The translations under genes were made by a program, and so were the position numbers. From contig JAKAZV010000002.1 of assembly GCA_021826505.1 (NCBI GenBank), positions 231 to 64,230 on the forward strand: DNA of 64,000 nucleotides, given 5' to 3'. Positions 50,275 to 61,104 of the stretch are shown here, in pieces. This DNA is from Acidobacteriota bacterium (GTDB lineage Bacteria; Acidobacteriota; Terriglobia; Terriglobales; SCQP01). Position 1 is the stretch's first letter. Each line of letters starts with the position of its first letter. The notes beneath the pieces are model-generated. The model had not been told where the DNA came from and searched no databases. It saw only the letters and a list, made by a program, of their open reading frames with translations.

Positions 50275-50301
50275 CTGCCTCGCCAATGAATTTGGCAAAA
50301 T

Positions 50302-50341
50302 AAAAAACCGGCGGAAGCCATGGGCTACCGCCGGTTTTTTT
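50302..50341. terminator. Bidirectional intrinsic terminator between the OMP gene and pnp
   Basis: A6-ACCGGCGG-(13-nt loop)-CCGCCGGT-T7: an 8-bp GC-rich stem flanked by an A-run and a T-run. Confidence 0.7.
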
Positions 50342-50363
50342 GTTCGGATACTCACAGAACGCT

Positions 50364-52613
50364 TTAGCGGCGTCCGGGTCCGCCGGGGCGCCGGCGCGGC
50401 CCGCGGGGACCACCGCGATCGGGACGGTCGCCGGAAAAAGCGCGCTCGCGATAGCCTCCGGAATCGGAATCGCCGGTGGCTCCCTCAGGCGCGGGCAGCC
50501 CCAGTTTTTCCCGTTCTTCGCGCAAAATGGCCTTGCGGCTGAGCTTGATCTTATTGCCCTCGAGCGCCAGGCATTTCACCAGCACCTGATCGCCCTCGTT
50601 CAATTCGTCGCGGACTTCCTTCACCCGGTGCTCGGCGATTTCGCTGATATGCAGCAGCCCGTCCGTGCCGGGAAAGATCTCGACAAAAGCTCCGAAATCC
50701 ACAATCCGCACCACCTTGCCGAGATAGGTTTTGCCGACCTCGGCGGTCGCGGTGATATCGCGCACCATCTGAATGGCGCGGTCGGCGGCGGGACCGTCGG
50801 CGGAAGCGATGTTGACCGTGCCGTCGTCGTTGACGTCAATTTTGACGCCGGTCGCCTCCACAATGCCGCGGATCACCTTGCCGCCGGGCCCGATGAGGTC
50901 GCGAATCTTATCCACCGGAATTTTCATGGTGAAGATGCGCGGGGCAAACTGCGAAACCGATTCCCGCGGCGTCTGGATGGCGGCGGCCATGCGGTCCAGG
51001 ATGAACAGACGCGCCTGACGGGCCTGCGCCAGGGCCTGGCGCATGATGACCGCGGTGACGCCCGGGATTTTAATATCCATCTGCAGGGCGGTAATGCCCT
51101 CGGCAGTGCCGGCCACCTTGAAATCCATATCGCCGTAGTGATCTTCGGCGCCGGCGATGTCAGTGAGCACGGCATAGTCCTGGCCTTCCATGACCAGGCC
51201 CATGGCGATGCCGGCCACCGGACGCTGCATGGGCACACCGGCATCCATTAACGCCAGCGAGGCGCCGCAGACCGAGGCCATCGAAGAGGAGCCGTTCGAT
51301 TCGAGAATATCGCTGACCACGCGCATGGTATAGGGCCAGTCCTCAGCGGCGGGCAGCATGGCGAGCTGCGAGCGCTCGGCCAGCGCGCCATGGCCGATTT
51401 CGCGCCGTCCCGGACCGCGCAGGAAACCGACTTCACCCACGGAAAAGGGCGGAAAGTTGTAGTTGAGCATGAAACGCTTGAAGCCTTCCCCCTCCAGCGT
51501 TTCCAGCCGCTGCTGATCTTCCTTGGTGCCGAGCGTGACGGTGACCAGCGCCTGAGTTTCGCCGCGGGTAAACAGCGCCGAGCCATGGGTGCGGGGCAGC
51601 ACGCCGACTTCACAGTTGATCTGCCGGATCTGATCAAAGGCGCGGCCATCGGGACGGCGCTTCTGCCGCAGCAGGGTCTCGCGGAACATGCGCTCCTGCA
51701 TCAGCTCGAAATACTGCTTGGCCTTCTTTTTCAGCGCCTCGTCTTCGCCCGCGACCGCGGCGGCGGCTTCTTTCACCAGCGCCTTGACCCGTTTCTGGCT
51801 TTCCAGCTTGACATGGCGGCTGGTGTCGAGCGCTTCCCGCATGGCGGCGCCGTAGCCGGACAGAAGCTTCTGGTAGAAGGCTTCGTCGGTTTCGGGCGGG
51901 GTGACCGGCATTTTGGGCACGCCGGCTTTCGCACGCAGTTTTTCCACCGCGGCCAGGATCTTTTTAATCTCCTGATGGGCAAACTCGATCGCCGCCACTA
52001 CGGTTTCTTCGCTGGCCTCGAGCGCGCCCGCCTCGACCATGGCGATGCCGTCATCGGTTCCCGCCACGATAATGTTGAGGCGGCTGGCCCGCATCTCCTC
52101 ATAGGTGGGGTTGACGATGAATTCTCCGTTCACGTGGCCGACGCGCACGCCGGCGGTGGGCTTGGGAAACGGGATGTCGGAAATATGCAGGGCGGCGCCG
52201 CTGCCGACCAGGCTGATGACGTCGGGATCGTTATTCTCATCGGCCGAGAGCACCAGGGCGATGACCTGGGTTTCATTACGGAAGCCTTCGGCAAAGAGCG
52301 GGCGGATGGGCCGGTCATTGACCCGGCTGGTGAGAATTTCCTTTTCCGTGGGCCGGCCTTCGCGCTTGATATACCCGCCGGGAAAACGTCCGGCGGCGTA
52401 GGTATATTCACGGTAGTCCACGGTGAGGGGAAAAAAGTCAATGCCTTCGCGGGGCGAATCGGCCGCGGTCGCGGTAACCAGCACCACGGTGTCACCCATG
52501 CGCACGGTGACCGAACCACCGGCCTGGCGGGCGACTTTGCCGGTCTCAATCGTCAGGGATTTTCCGCCGCTCAGAGCCACGGTTTCTGTATGAATTGCCA
52601 TCATCTGCCTCAC
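50364..52613 (-). CDS. pnp: Polyribonucleotide nucleotidyltransferase (PNPase)
   Basis: 749-aa ORF with two RNase PH domains, KH and S1 domains and an Arg/Gly-rich tail. Sits downstream of rpsO, as in most bacteria. Confidence 0.93.
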   Translation of the reverse strand: MRQMMAIHTETVALSGGKSLTIETGKVARQAGGSVTVRMGDTVVLVTATAADSPREGIDFFPLTVDYREYTYAAGRFPGGYIKREGRPTEKEILTSRVNDRPIRPLFAEGFRNETQVIALVLSADENNDPDVISLVGSGAALHISDIPFPKPTAGVRVGHVNGEFIVNPTYEEMRASRLNIIVAGTDDGIAMVEAGALEASEETVVAAIEFAHQEIKKILAAVEKLRAKAGVPKMPVTPPETDEAFYQKLLSGYGAAMREALDTSRHVKLESQKRVKALVKEAAAAVAGEDEALKKKAKQYFELMQERMFRETLLRQKRRPDGRAFDQIRQINCEVGVLPRTHGSALFTRGETQALVTVTLGTKEDQQRLETLEGEGFKRFMLNYNFPPFSVGEVGFLRGPGRREIGHGALAERSQLAMLPAAEDWPYTMRVVSDILESNGSSSMASVCGASLALMDAGVPMQRPVAGIAMGLVMEGQDYAVLTDIAGAEDHYGDMDFKVAGTAEGITALQMDIKIPGVTAVIMRQALAQARQARLFILDRMAAAIQTPRESVSQFAPRIFTMKIPVDKIRDLIGPGGKVIRGIVEATGVKIDVNDDGTVNIASADGPAADRAIQMVRDITATAEVGKTYLGKVVRIVDFGAFVEIFPGTDGLLHISEIAEHRVKEVRDELNEGDQVLVKCLALEGNKIKLSRKAILREEREKLGLPAPEGATGDSDSGGYRERAFSGDRPDRGGPRGPRRRPGGPGRR

Positions 52614-52646
52614 TTTCGCGCCGCAGCGCTGGCTGGAAAATATTCC

Positions 52647-52665
52647 CGCGGCCGGCCCGGCCGCG
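52647..52665 (-). promoter_or_regulatory. GC-rich hairpin in the rpsO-pnp intergenic leader
   Basis: CGCGGCCGG-c-CCGGCCGCG palindrome in the 217-bp pnp leader. By analogy only, it may correspond to the RNase III-processed pnp leader hairpins of other bacteria. Confidence 0.3.
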
Positions 52666-52830
52666 CGGAGATCGTTTTCCGCGCCGGTTCAAGAACAATG
52701 GATTGTTGGCTCGAGTTGGCCGCGGCAGGATCGCGCGGCGCGGGTGGTGGGCTATAGGCCGGCCCGTCACATTCGGGTCAAAAATCCAGGTGAATGTCGG
52801 CGGCCGGAGCTTGTTCCGGCCGCAAAAAGC

Positions 52831-53100
52831 TTACTTACGCAAACCCAGTTTCTGGATTACGCTGCCATAGCGCGCCGGATCCCGGCGCTTGAGGTAATCC
52901 AGCAAACGGCGGCGCTTCCCCACCAGGCTCAGAAGCCCGCGGCGCGAGTGATGGTCCTTTTTATGGGTTTTGAAATGCTCGGTGAGATACGCGATGCGTT
53001 CGGTTAAGACCGCGACCTGGACTTCCGGCGAGCCGCTGTCGCTCGCATGAATAGCATAGGCGCGAATCAAGTTTTGCTTGTTTTCAGGGCTCAGGGGCAT
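52831..53100 (-). CDS. rpsO: 30S ribosomal protein S15
   Basis: 89 aa from [15 protein letters not shown]... (...[32 protein letters not shown]...). The longer 138-aa ORF is an upstream extension. Confidence 0.93.
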   Translation of the reverse strand: MPLSPENKQNLIRAYAIHASDSGSPEVQVAVLTERIAYLTEHFKTHKKDHHSRRGLLSLVGKRRRLLDYLKRRDPARYGSVIQKLGLRK

Positions 53101-53245
53101 ACAGATGCTTGATTTCCATGATTGATCTTGCGTCTTTTTCAGTATCCCATGAGCCCGGGTGGAAATACAAGCACGGGACCGCCTTGCGGCCGGGGAGCAA
53201 CCAGGGAAAACAAGCCGGATTCTCACCAGACGGGAGTGCTCTGTC

Positions 53246-53827
53246 ATGGCGGGAGAATTTATCTACGATGTCGAGCAGATCCGGGCCCGGGCCCGGCGAC
53301 AAATGTCGGAAGGGGCGCGGACCGAGGCCTATCAAGGGGATGTGAAGCATACCATTGAGCTGCTCAATGCCGCTTTGGCCACCGAAATCGTCTGCGTACT
53401 GCGCTACCGCCATCATTACTATATGGCCAGCGGCCTTGAACGCGAGGCCGCCGCGCGGGAATTCGATGAGCATGCCGCAAACGAGCAGGAACATGCCGAC
53501 CGGCTGGCCCGCCGCATTCAGCAACTGGGCGGCGCGCCGGATTTAAATCCCGCCAATCTGCTGACCCGCAGCATTTCGGTTTATGCCGCAGGCTCGTCGC
53601 TGACCGAAATGATACAGGAAGATCTGGTCGCCGAACGCGCGGTCATTGAGGTTTATAGCGAGATGATCCGCCACTTCGCCTTTCATGATCCCTCCACCCG
53701 CAGCCTGCTCGAAGACCTGCTGCGCGATGAGGAAGAACATGCGAATGACATGGCCGAACTACTCTATCTGGTGAACCCGGCCACCGGTGAGACGAAAGGT
53801 GAGGATCCGCTGGCCCGGGCGAGTTAA
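53246..53827 (+). CDS. Ferritin-like (bacterioferritin-family) protein
   Basis: 193 aa from MAGEFIYD.... Four-helix-bundle di-iron ligand pattern (E...EEH...E...EEEH). Confidence 0.6.
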   Translation: MAGEFIYDVEQIRARARRQMSEGARTEAYQGDVKHTIELLNAALATEIVCVLRYRHHYYMASGLEREAAAREFDEHAANEQEHADRLARRIQQLGGAPDLNPANLLTRSISVYAAGSSLTEMIQEDLVAERAVIEVYSEMIRHFAFHDPSTRSLLEDLLRDEEEHANDMAELLYLVNPATGETKGEDPLARAS

Positions 53828-53841
53828 AAGAGGGCTCACGC

Positions 53842-53901
53842 ACAGGGATAAGCATCGCATAGCGGCGTTGGAAACCGCTCGGCTCTGCTCGCTTTCTCCC
53901 T
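53842..53901 (+). repeat. Dispersed intergenic repeat copy E (short full-length form, 60 bp)
   Basis: Core AGGGATAAGCATCGCATAGC at 53844-53863. The ends CAGGGATAAGC and GCTTTCTCCCTG are inverted repeats. The right end matches copy A (CTGCTCGCTTYTCCCTG). Confidence 0.7.
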
Positions 53902-54020
53902 GAGCGCTTAGAATTGTTTTACAACTGAGGGCCGGCACCTAACAGGCAACCCTGTCTTTCGGCTTGATGCGGCGTTCATATGCTTTCGCGATGAAGCCGA
54001 TGGCACTACGCTGTGCTGGT

Positions 54021-54026
54021 TATAAT
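54021..54026 (+). promoter_or_regulatory. Candidate -10 box (TATAAT) upstream of pyk
   Basis: Perfect TATAAT 27 nt upstream of the pyk ATG. No convincing -35 element. Confidence 0.3.
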
Positions 54027-54052
54027 AATTATGGTTTTAAGCATTCTTCTAC

Positions 54053-55474
54053 ATGCGGCGAACGAAAATTATCTGCACCCTGGGCCCGTCATCCAGCGAA
54101 CCCGCAATGATTCGCGAGCTGGCAATGGCCGGCATGGACGTGGCGCGGCTGAATTTTTCCCATGGCGATCATGAGTTCCACGCCCAGCTTATCGCCCGGG
54201 TGCGGCAAGTGGGCCGCGAGCTGGGCAAGGAAATTCCCATACTTCAGGATCTGGCCGGCCCCAAGCTGCGCACCGGACTTTTGGTTAATCGCCAGCCGGT
54301 GCGGCTTGAGCCGGGGCAAAAGGTCACATTGTTTTGCGGTGATGAACCCGGCGATGCCCAACGCCTCAGCACCAGCATTGATCTTTCCGCGGATGTGAAA
54401 CCGGGCGATTCGGTGCTACTGGCCGACGGCCTGCTGGAACTGCGGGTGGATGCGACCCCGGCCTGTGAGGTTGTCTGCACGGTATTAAATGGCGGCTTGT
54501 TGGGCGAGCGCAAGGGCATTAATCTGCCCGGCGCACTGGTCAATGTTCCCGCCCTGACCGAAAAGGATTTTGCCGATCTGGATTTCGGCCTGGATCAGGG
54601 GGTAGATTATGTCGCCCTCTCATTCGTACGCAGCGAAAACGATCTTCATCTGCTGCATGAGCGCATCCGCATGTGGGCGAGCCGGCATGGCGGCCGCGGG
54701 CTCGATACTCCGGTGATCGCCAAACTGGAAAAGCCGCAGGCGCTGGACCGGCTCCCGGAAATTCTGCAATTTGTGGACGCGGTGATGGTGGCGCGCGGCG
54801 ATCTGGGCGTGGAAGTTCCGCTGGAACGGGTGCCGGCGCTGCAAAAACATATCATCCGCTCAGCCCGCCAGGCTCGCCTGCCGGTGATCACCGCGACTCA
54901 GATGCTGGGTTCCATGACGCGGCAGCCGCGGCCCACCCGCGCCGAAGCCAGCGATGTGGCTAACGCGGTGCTCGATGGCTCGGATGCATTGATGCTTTCG
55001 GAGGAAACCGCCAGCGGCGATCATCCCATAGCTGCCGTGCGCATGATGGACCGCATCATCAGCGAAGCTGAAAAAATCGAGCAGCCGGCGCTGCCTCCGA
55101 CACCCAGTCCCGATTCCATTCCCGACACCATCGCCGGATCGGTGGCGCTCGCGGCCCGCAACCTGCCGCTTTCCGCAATTGCCATATTTACCAAGACCGG
55201 AGCTACCGCACGGCTGCTTTCGGGCTATCGTCCGCATTGTCCGGTCTATGCCCTGGCGCCCAGTGAGCGGACGCGGGCGCGGCTGGCGCTGTATTGGGGC
55301 GTGCAGGCCATGGCCTTGCCGGAGATGAACTCCACCGATGATATGCTCGGCCGGGCGGAAGCGGTTTTAATCGAAAAAGCCGGCCTCAGAAGCGGACAAA
55401 CCGTGGCAATTGTCGCTGGCACGCCGTTTGGCGTGGCGGGCAGGACGAATCTGATGAAAATCGTACGTTTATGA
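54053..55474 (+). CDS. pyk: Pyruvate kinase
   Basis: 473-aa ORF (MRRTKIICTLGPSS..., ...MVARGDLGVE..., ...MLSEETA.G.HP...). Confidence 0.93.
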   Translation: MRRTKIICTLGPSSSEPAMIRELAMAGMDVARLNFSHGDHEFHAQLIARVRQVGRELGKEIPILQDLAGPKLRTGLLVNRQPVRLEPGQKVTLFCGDEPGDAQRLSTSIDLSADVKPGDSVLLADGLLELRVDATPACEVVCTVLNGGLLGERKGINLPGALVNVPALTEKDFADLDFGLDQGVDYVALSFVRSENDLHLLHERIRMWASRHGGRGLDTPVIAKLEKPQALDRLPEILQFVDAVMVARGDLGVEVPLERVPALQKHIIRSARQARLPVITATQMLGSMTRQPRPTRAEASDVANAVLDGSDALMLSEETASGDHPIAAVRMMDRIISEAEKIEQPALPPTPSPDSIPDTIAGSVALAARNLPLSAIAIFTKTGATARLLSGYRPHCPVYALAPSERTRARLALYWGVQAMALPEMNSTDDMLGRAEAVLIEKAGLRSGQTVAIVAGTPFGVAGRTNLMKIVRL

Positions 55475-55486
55475 GTGATTAATATT

Positions 55487-55530
55487 CAGGATGGATTCCA
55501 TCTGTTTCCAGATGAAAATCCATCCTGTTT
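55487..55530 (+). terminator. Candidate terminator hairpin after pyk
   Basis: Long imperfect hairpin CAGGATGGATT...AATCCATCCTG (55487-55527), followed by TTT. Confidence 0.5.
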
Positions 55531-55581
55531 GCGCCACTTCGTCTGTAATCTATTGAGCACTTCGCTTGCCAAACCCAAACA

Positions 55582-55614
55582 GGTTGAATTTCCAGCTATT
55601 CAACCGCTTCGGCG
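55582..55614 (-). terminator. Candidate terminator hairpins after the orphan gene at 55631-56689
   Basis: GGTTGAAT-(8)-ATTCAACC and CCGC-TTCG-GCGG hairpins. On the minus strand they are followed by TGTTTGGGTTTGG. Confidence 0.4.
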
Positions 55615-55630
55615 GGAAATAAGTGGCAAT

Positions 55631-56689
55631 TTATCCGGCCCGGGCCGTAATATTTTCCTGCTCCGCGAGAATTTTTTGCAACTGAGCACGTCCCTTCTCC
55701 GGCTCAAATGGAATAGAAAGCCAGCGCGTGGGCGCCGACCGCATTACGGCTTGAAATTGCGGGTTCCCGGCATCGGAAGTCATGATCAGCCAATGGCCAG
55801 ACTGTCCGGGGTTGGCACGCAGCAGAGAATAAAAAGCGGCCGCTGGATGCACACCCAAATGTTCCCATTCCAGCACAACGGCCTGATATTGCCTCGACCG
55901 CAGACAAAGCCGTGCGCGTTCTAAATCGGGTGTCCATTGGCAGCAGAGCGTGGCCGGGGCAATCCATTTGCTCAGCCATTCCCGCCAGAAATGGTCCCGC
56001 GTAATGGTCAGAATTCGTACTACGCGCAGCCGACCCGGCCTGGAAGCCCGGAACGGCGGCTGAACGGGCGCCGGGCGCACGGCCCGCTCTATGGGAAAGC
56101 GAATCTCCCATCCCGAGCCCGGCAACGCGGAAAATTGCCAGCCGATTTGCCGGCTCATCTGCAGGGTTCCGGCTGAGCAGGGGTTCAGACCAGCGCCTGG
56201 TTCAACTCCCAGCGAGTGGAATTCGCAGCGAGCCATGCGATCTCCGCCGGCGCGGCGGGTGTGCAGCCAAAGCGCGGAAATTCCGGCGACTCGTAAATCC
56301 CATAACCAGGACGCCAGGGTTTGGAGCCAGAGTTCGGGCTTTCCCTCGACCCGCAGCCAGGGTTCCTGACGACTCTGCCAGCGAATGGTCATGGTGGCCG
56401 CCCCGACGCCGCACCCCCAAAGGTCCAAAGCGGAGCGGACGCAATCCAGCCAATAAAAACAAACCGCATCTTCCCGCGGGTTTGCCCGCAGGATGGACGC
56501 AAGCCGGCGCAGACGGGCATGCAATTTTCGGGCTCGCGCGGTGGGTATATGCTCTGAGCCTGCGGAAATTTCCGCGAGCATGGCCGCCAGATCGTGAATT
56601 CCCGCCTGGCAAACGCCGGCAGCCAATTCCCGGCGCCAATCACCGGCAAAGCCACTTTGATTTTGCGAAACAATTTCCAAAGACGGCAT
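55631..56689 (-). CDS. Hypothetical protein with a degenerate histidine-kinase-like region and a C-terminal pseudo-receiver domain
   Basis: 352-aa ORF. By eye the last 120 aa or so align with CheY-like receivers (ILTITRD / AVVLEWEHLG / WLIMTSD / WLSIPFEPE), but with Glu at the phospho-Asp position and no conserved Lys. GC appears lower than in the neighbours. Confidence 0.5.
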   Translation of the reverse strand: MPSLEIVSQNQSGFAGDWRRELAAGVCQAGIHDLAAMLAEISAGSEHIPTARARKLHARLRRLASILRANPREDAVCFYWLDCVRSALDLWGCGVGAATMTIRWQSRQEPWLRVEGKPELWLQTLASWLWDLRVAGISALWLHTRRAGGDRMARCEFHSLGVEPGAGLNPCSAGTLQMSRQIGWQFSALPGSGWEIRFPIERAVRPAPVQPPFRASRPGRLRVVRILTITRDHFWREWLSKWIAPATLCCQWTPDLERARLCLRSRQYQAVVLEWEHLGVHPAAAFYSLLRANPGQSGHWLIMTSDAGNPQFQAVMRSAPTRWLSIPFEPEKGRAQLQKILAEQENITARAG

Positions 56690-56720
56690 GTTTATCCTGT
56701 CGGCCGCTATGGAGAAGTTT

Positions 56721-56749
56721 ATATAAAAGGATTTATCGGGTCATGGCAA
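56721..56749 (-). promoter_or_regulatory. Candidate sigma-70 promoter for the orphan gene
   Basis: On the minus strand, TTGCCA (56749-56744), a 17-nt spacer, then TTATAT (56726-56721). Confidence 0.3.
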
Positions 56750-56766
56750 AAAGTAAGGTTTATGGC

Positions 56767-57603
56767 TTAGTGAGCAAAAAAGTTTCCTGCATTGCGATAG
56801 CGTTTTACTCTGTGCTGATAGAGTTCCATCTTTGAAAAAGCAGTAAAAAGCTCCAGGTTACGTTCCAGAGCCTCCGCCAGCGTCGCGGCCATCTGCTCCG
56901 GATGAAGATGGGCGCCACCCTCGGGCTCGGGGATAACTTCATCAATCAGGCCCAGGCGCAGCAATTCGGGCGCGGTCAGCCGCAAGGCCTCGGCCGCTGC
57001 CTGCTTTTTTTCCGGATCACGCCACATGATCGAAGCACAGCCTTCGGGAGTGATCACGGAATAAATGGAGTTTTCCAGCATCAGCACCCGGTTGGCCACG
57101 CCAATGGCCAGCGCGCCGCCGCTGCCGCCTTCCCCAATGATGACGGCCAACACCGGCACCCGCAGCCGGGCCATTTCCCGCAGATTCACCGCAAGCGCCT
57201 CCGCTTGCCCGCGTTCTTCGGCATCAATGCCGGGATAGGCGCCCTGGGTGTCAATGAAGCTGAAAATCGGCCGCTGAAATTTTTCCGCCAGCCGCATCAG
57301 GCGCAGGGCTTTGCGGTAGCCTTCCGGCTTGGCCTGGCCGAAGTTGCGCCGCATCCGTTCTTTCAGATCGCGGCCGCGCTGCTGGCCGATCACCATCACC
57401 TGGCGGCCGCGGAACACCGCCATGCCTCCCACCAAAGCCTCATCATCGGCAAAACGCCGGTCACCATGTAATTCGCAGAAATCCGTGCAGATGTCGCGGA
57501 TATAGTCGAGAAAATAGGGACGCTGGGCGTGCCGGGCCAACAGCACCCGCTGCCAGGCATCCGCACCCTGAGAATGGGAGGGGAGAGACATGTTCAAGTC
57601 CAT
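56767..57603 (-). CDS. accA: Acetyl-CoA carboxylase carboxyltransferase subunit alpha
   Basis: 278-aa ORF (...[21 protein letters not shown]...[11 protein letters not shown]...). The N-terminus is shorter than in E. coli AccA. Follows dnaE. Confidence 0.88.
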   Translation of the reverse strand: MDLNMSLPSHSQGADAWQRVLLARHAQRPYFLDYIRDICTDFCELHGDRRFADDEALVGGMAVFRGRQVMVIGQQRGRDLKERMRRNFGQAKPEGYRKALRLMRLAEKFQRPIFSFIDTQGAYPGIDAEERGQAEALAVNLREMARLRVPVLAVIIGEGGSGGALAIGVANRVLMLENSIYSVITPEGCASIMWRDPEKKQAAAEALRLTAPELLRLGLIDEVIPEPEGGAHLHPEQMAATLAEALERNLELFTAFSKMELYQHRVKRYRNAGNFFAH

Positions 57604-57605
57604 TC

Positions 57606-60600
57606 TTAATCCACTTTACGCAAAGCGCCGTAATGCCGTATGGCGCGGCGGAAAGCGGCATCCGCGGTGATGGAGTTTTGCAGCTCGAGAATCTGCTCGA
57701 AATGCTCGCGCTCGCTGCGCAGATATAAATGCAGCCGGGTGGGCCCGGGCTTCCGGCTCAGAATTTCAGGCAAGGCACGGGCGGGTTCCGGCTCCAGCCG
57801 GTCCAGATCAACGCGCAGAATCATGGCCCGCGGCGGCTGGGCCTGCTCGCGCGCCAGCTCGCTTAATTCCTCGAGCTGCAGCCGGGCCGCACCCTCGCTG
57901 TCGGCCAGCCAGCGGCCGCGCACCAGAACCGGAATGGAGGCGCGAAGCAGTTCTCCATAACGGCGAAACGGCTCGGCAAAGCACAGCAATTCTATGCTTC
58001 CTTCACGGCTTTCCAGCCGCGCCACGGCCCAGTTTTCTCCCCGTTTGTTGCGCTTGATCTGCAGTCCGGCGATCACGCCGGCCAGGCGCACGTGCTCGCG
58101 CTCACCCCGCACCTCGCGCAGTTGATCCAGGCGATCGGCCTCAAGTTCCAGCAGCAGATCATCATAGCCATCGAGCGGATGGGCGCTGACATACATGCCG
58201 AGCATATCTTTCTCATGCTGCAGCTTGGTTAATGCGTCCCATTCCGGCTTGCGGGCTTTGACGGCGGCGGGCTGGGCGGCCTCAAACTGCAAAAATAATC
58301 CGTGCTGCCCCTGGGCCTGATCCCGCAAATGCTTTTGCGCCTGTTCCAGCGCGCCATCCAATTCGTCGCATAAAGCCGCGCGCGCCCCCCAGGCATCCAT
58401 CGCGCCGCCTTTCACCAGGCTTTCCAGCACGCGGCGGTTCAATCCACCCACCCGCCGGCAAAGATCCGGCAGATCGGAAAAGGCACCGCCCCGGGCGCGT
58501 TCCTCCAGGACGGCGCGCACCGCGTTCGCGCCCAGATTCTTGATCGCTTCCAGGCCAAACCGGATGGCTCCCGGGCTGGGGGTAAAGCGCGCATCGCTCA
58601 CGTTGATATCCGGCGGCAGCACCGCAATCTGCATGGCCCGGCATTCCTGAATATACAGGGCCACATTGTCGGTATTGCCCATTTGCAGCGTCAACAGGGC
58701 GGCCATGAATTCCAGCGGATAATGCGCCTTCAGCCAGGCACTGCGAAAGGCGATCACGGCATAGGCGGCGGCATGGCTTTTGTTGAAGCCATAGCCGGCA
58801 AATTGCTCCATCAGATCGAAGACCCGGGCCACCCGGTCGCGCGGCAGGCCGCGGGCCGTGGCACCGGCGATAAAGGTTTCTCGCTGCCGGGCCATTTCCT
58901 CGGGCTTTTTTTTGCCCATCGCCCTGCGCAGCAGATCGGCTTCGCCGAGCGAATAGCCGGCCAGCTCGTGGGCCGCCCGCATCACCTGCTCCTGATAAAG
59001 AAACACTCCCAGGGTTTCGGCCAGGATCGGTTCCAGACCGGGCAGATCGTACTCGATTTTTTTGCGGCCGTGCTTGCGGTCGATAAAATCATCAATCATC
59101 CCGCCCTGAATCGGGCCGGGGCGATAGAGGGCGTTGAGAGCCGTCAGGTCGCTGAGTTTATCCGGGTGGTAGCGGCGCAGGATGTCGCGCATGCCGTTCG
59201 ATTCAAACTGAAAGATTCCGCTGGTCAGGCCGCGGCAGAAAACCTCATAAGCCGCGGGGTCTTCTTCGGAAATCGCATCCCAGTCCACGCTCTGCCCCCG
59301 GGCCTCGATCAGCCGCTGCGCTTCCTGCAGAATGGTCAGCGTGGTCAGGCCCAGAAAATCCATCTTCAGCAGGCCGAGTTTTTCCAGGCCGTTCAGATCG
59401 TACTGAGTCACGATTTCCTGCCGCGCGGTGCGGGCCAGAGGCACCCATTCCGTGAGCGGGCGGGGCGCGATGACCACCCCGGCGGCGTGCATGCCGGCAT
59501 GGCGGGCCTGGCCTTCCAGCCGCCGGGCATGATCGAGCAATTCCTTCACCCGGCCATCCTGTTCCACCAGACCGCGCAGCGACGGCTCCTGCGCCAGCGC
59601 CTGTTCGAGCGTGATATTGAGCTGGTTCGGCACCAGCTTGGCCAGCCGGTCCACCTCGGCATAGGGCATATCCAGGGCCCGGCCCACATCTTTGATCGCG
59701 GCCTTGGCGCCCAGCGTGCCGAAGGTGATGATCTGGCAGACGTTGTCCCGGCCGTATTTGCGGGTGACGTATTCAATCACCTCGCCCCGCCGTTCCATGC
59801 AGAAATCCACGTCAATATCAGGCATGGAGATGCGCTCGGAATTGAGAAAGCGCTCAAATAACAGCCCATGCTCCAGCGGATCAAGATCGGTAATGCCTAA
59901 AGCGTAGGAGGCCAGGCTGCCGGCCGCGGAGCCGCGGCCGGGCCCGACCGCGATGCCGTTCTCGCGGGCATAGCGTATAAAATCCCAGACGATGAGAAAG
60001 TACCCGGCATAGTTCATCTTCTGGATCACCGCCAGCTCGCGCGCCAGACGCTCCCGGTATTGTTCAAACGGCGGGCAGGCCTTGCCCTGCTGCCGGCGCG
60101 CCGCGATGCGCGCGGCCCGCGCTTCCAGTCCCGCCCGGGCCAGGTGCTCAAGATAGCTGTTGAGCGTGTGCCCCGCCGGCACTTCAAAATGCGGAAAAGG
60201 ATCGTCGACCGGCGCGATTTCCAGCTGGCACCGTTCGGCAATTTCCAGCGTGCGCCGCAGCGCCGGCTCGAATTCCGCAAACACCCGCCGCATTTCTTCC
60301 GCGGATTTGAAATAAAACTGATCGGTGGAAAATCGCATCCGCTGGCTGTCGCTCATGCGTTTGCCGGTTTGCACGCAGAGCAAAACTTCATGCGAGGCCG
60401 CATCGGCATGATCGAGATAATGACAGTCGTTGGTGGCCACCAGCGGCAAACCGGCGCGCCGCGCCAGTTCTGCCTGCGCGGGCAGAATGCGCTTCTCCTG
60501 GTCCAGCCCCTGGTCCTGAATTTCCAGATAAAAGCCGCCCTTGCCGAAGATGTCCTGGTATTCAGCCGCGGCGCGGAGCGCGGCCTCGGGCTGGTCCTCC

Positions 60601-61043
60601 AGCAGGCATTCCTGAACTTCGCCCTTCAGGCACGCCGAAAGACCGATCAGGCCCTGGCTGTGCTCGGCCAGGAATTTTTTGCTGATGCGCGGCTTGTAAT
60701 AGAACCCGTGCAGGCTGGCTTCCGATACGATTTTGACCAGATTACGGTAGCCTTGCTGATTTTCGCAAAGCACCACCAGATGATGGTAGGTATCGTCTTT
60801 GCCCTCGGCGCGGTGATCCTCGTTTTTACAGACGTACAGCTCGCAGCCGATGATGGGGCGAATGCCCCGGGCGCGGGCAGCCTCATAAAACGCCACCGCG
60901 CCATACAGATTGCCATGATCGGTGAGCGCGACCGCGGGCATAGCCTGGGCAGCCGCCCGCTCCACCAGGCTCGTGACCTGGCAGGCGCCATCGAGCAGCG
61001 AGTAGTCAGAATGAACGTGAAGATGAACGAAAGGATCCGCCAT
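57606..61043 (-). CDS. dnaE: DNA polymerase III subunit alpha
   Basis: 1145-aa ORF with a PHP domain ([15 protein letters not shown]), a polymerase core and an OB fold. Confidence 0.95.
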   Translation of the reverse strand: MADPFVHLHVHSDYSLLDGACQVTSLVERAAAQAMPAVALTDHGNLYGAVAFYEAARARGIRPIIGCELYVCKNEDHRAEGKDDTYHHLVVLCENQQGYRNLVKIVSEASLHGFYYKPRISKKFLAEHSQGLIGLSACLKGEVQECLLEDQPEAALRAAAEYQDIFGKGGFYLEIQDQGLDQEKRILPAQAELARRAGLPLVATNDCHYLDHADAASHEVLLCVQTGKRMSDSQRMRFSTDQFYFKSAEEMRRVFAEFEPALRRTLEIAERCQLEIAPVDDPFPHFEVPAGHTLNSYLEHLARAGLEARAARIAARRQQGKACPPFEQYRERLARELAVIQKMNYAGYFLIVWDFIRYARENGIAVGPGRGSAAGSLASYALGITDLDPLEHGLLFERFLNSERISMPDIDVDFCMERRGEVIEYVTRKYGRDNVCQIITFGTLGAKAAIKDVGRALDMPYAEVDRLAKLVPNQLNITLEQALAQEPSLRGLVEQDGRVKELLDHARRLEGQARHAGMHAAGVVIAPRPLTEWVPLARTARQEIVTQYDLNGLEKLGLLKMDFLGLTTLTILQEAQRLIEARGQSVDWDAISEEDPAAYEVFCRGLTSGIFQFESNGMRDILRRYHPDKLSDLTALNALYRPGPIQGGMIDDFIDRKHGRKKIEYDLPGLEPILAETLGVFLYQEQVMRAAHELAGYSLGEADLLRRAMGKKKPEEMARQRETFIAGATARGLPRDRVARVFDLMEQFAGYGFNKSHAAAYAVIAFRSAWLKAHYPLEFMAALLTLQMGNTDNVALYIQECRAMQIAVLPPDINVSDARFTPSPGAIRFGLEAIKNLGANAVRAVLEERARGGAFSDLPDLCRRVGGLNRRVLESLVKGGAMDAWGARAALCDELDGALEQAQKHLRDQAQGQHGLFLQFEAAQPAAVKARKPEWDALTKLQHEKDMLGMYVSAHPLDGYDDLLLELEADRLDQLREVRGEREHVRLAGVIAGLQIKRNKRGENWAVARLESREGSIELLCFAEPFRRYGELLRASIPVLVRGRWLADSEGAARLQLEELSELAREQAQPPRAMILRVDLDRLEPEPARALPEILSRKPGPTRLHLYLRSEREHFEQILELQNSITADAAFRRAIRHYGALRKVD

Positions 61044-61104
61044 GGATGAGCACAGGCCAGGCGAACTGGCCCCAGGATGTTGCCGCCAATCTTCTACAGT
61101 ACCC

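Noticed and set aside
50908-50916. DnaA-box-like TTATCCACC.
   Set aside because: It is a single occurrence inside the pnp coding sequence, with no cluster and no AT-rich unwinding element. All other signals point to a terminus rather than an origin.
54014-54040. GGTTATAATAATTATGGTTTTAAG upstream of pyk looked superficially dif-like (ATAAT...TTATG).
   Set aside because: The central spacing is wrong (2-3 nt instead of 6) and the XerD arm does not match. It is better explained as an AT-rich promoter with a TATAAT box.
55475-55924. 149-aa plus-strand ORF starting right after pyk.
   Set aside because: It overlaps the terminator hairpins and the 3' end of the better-supported minus-strand gene. 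The sequence is of mixed composition with no motifs.
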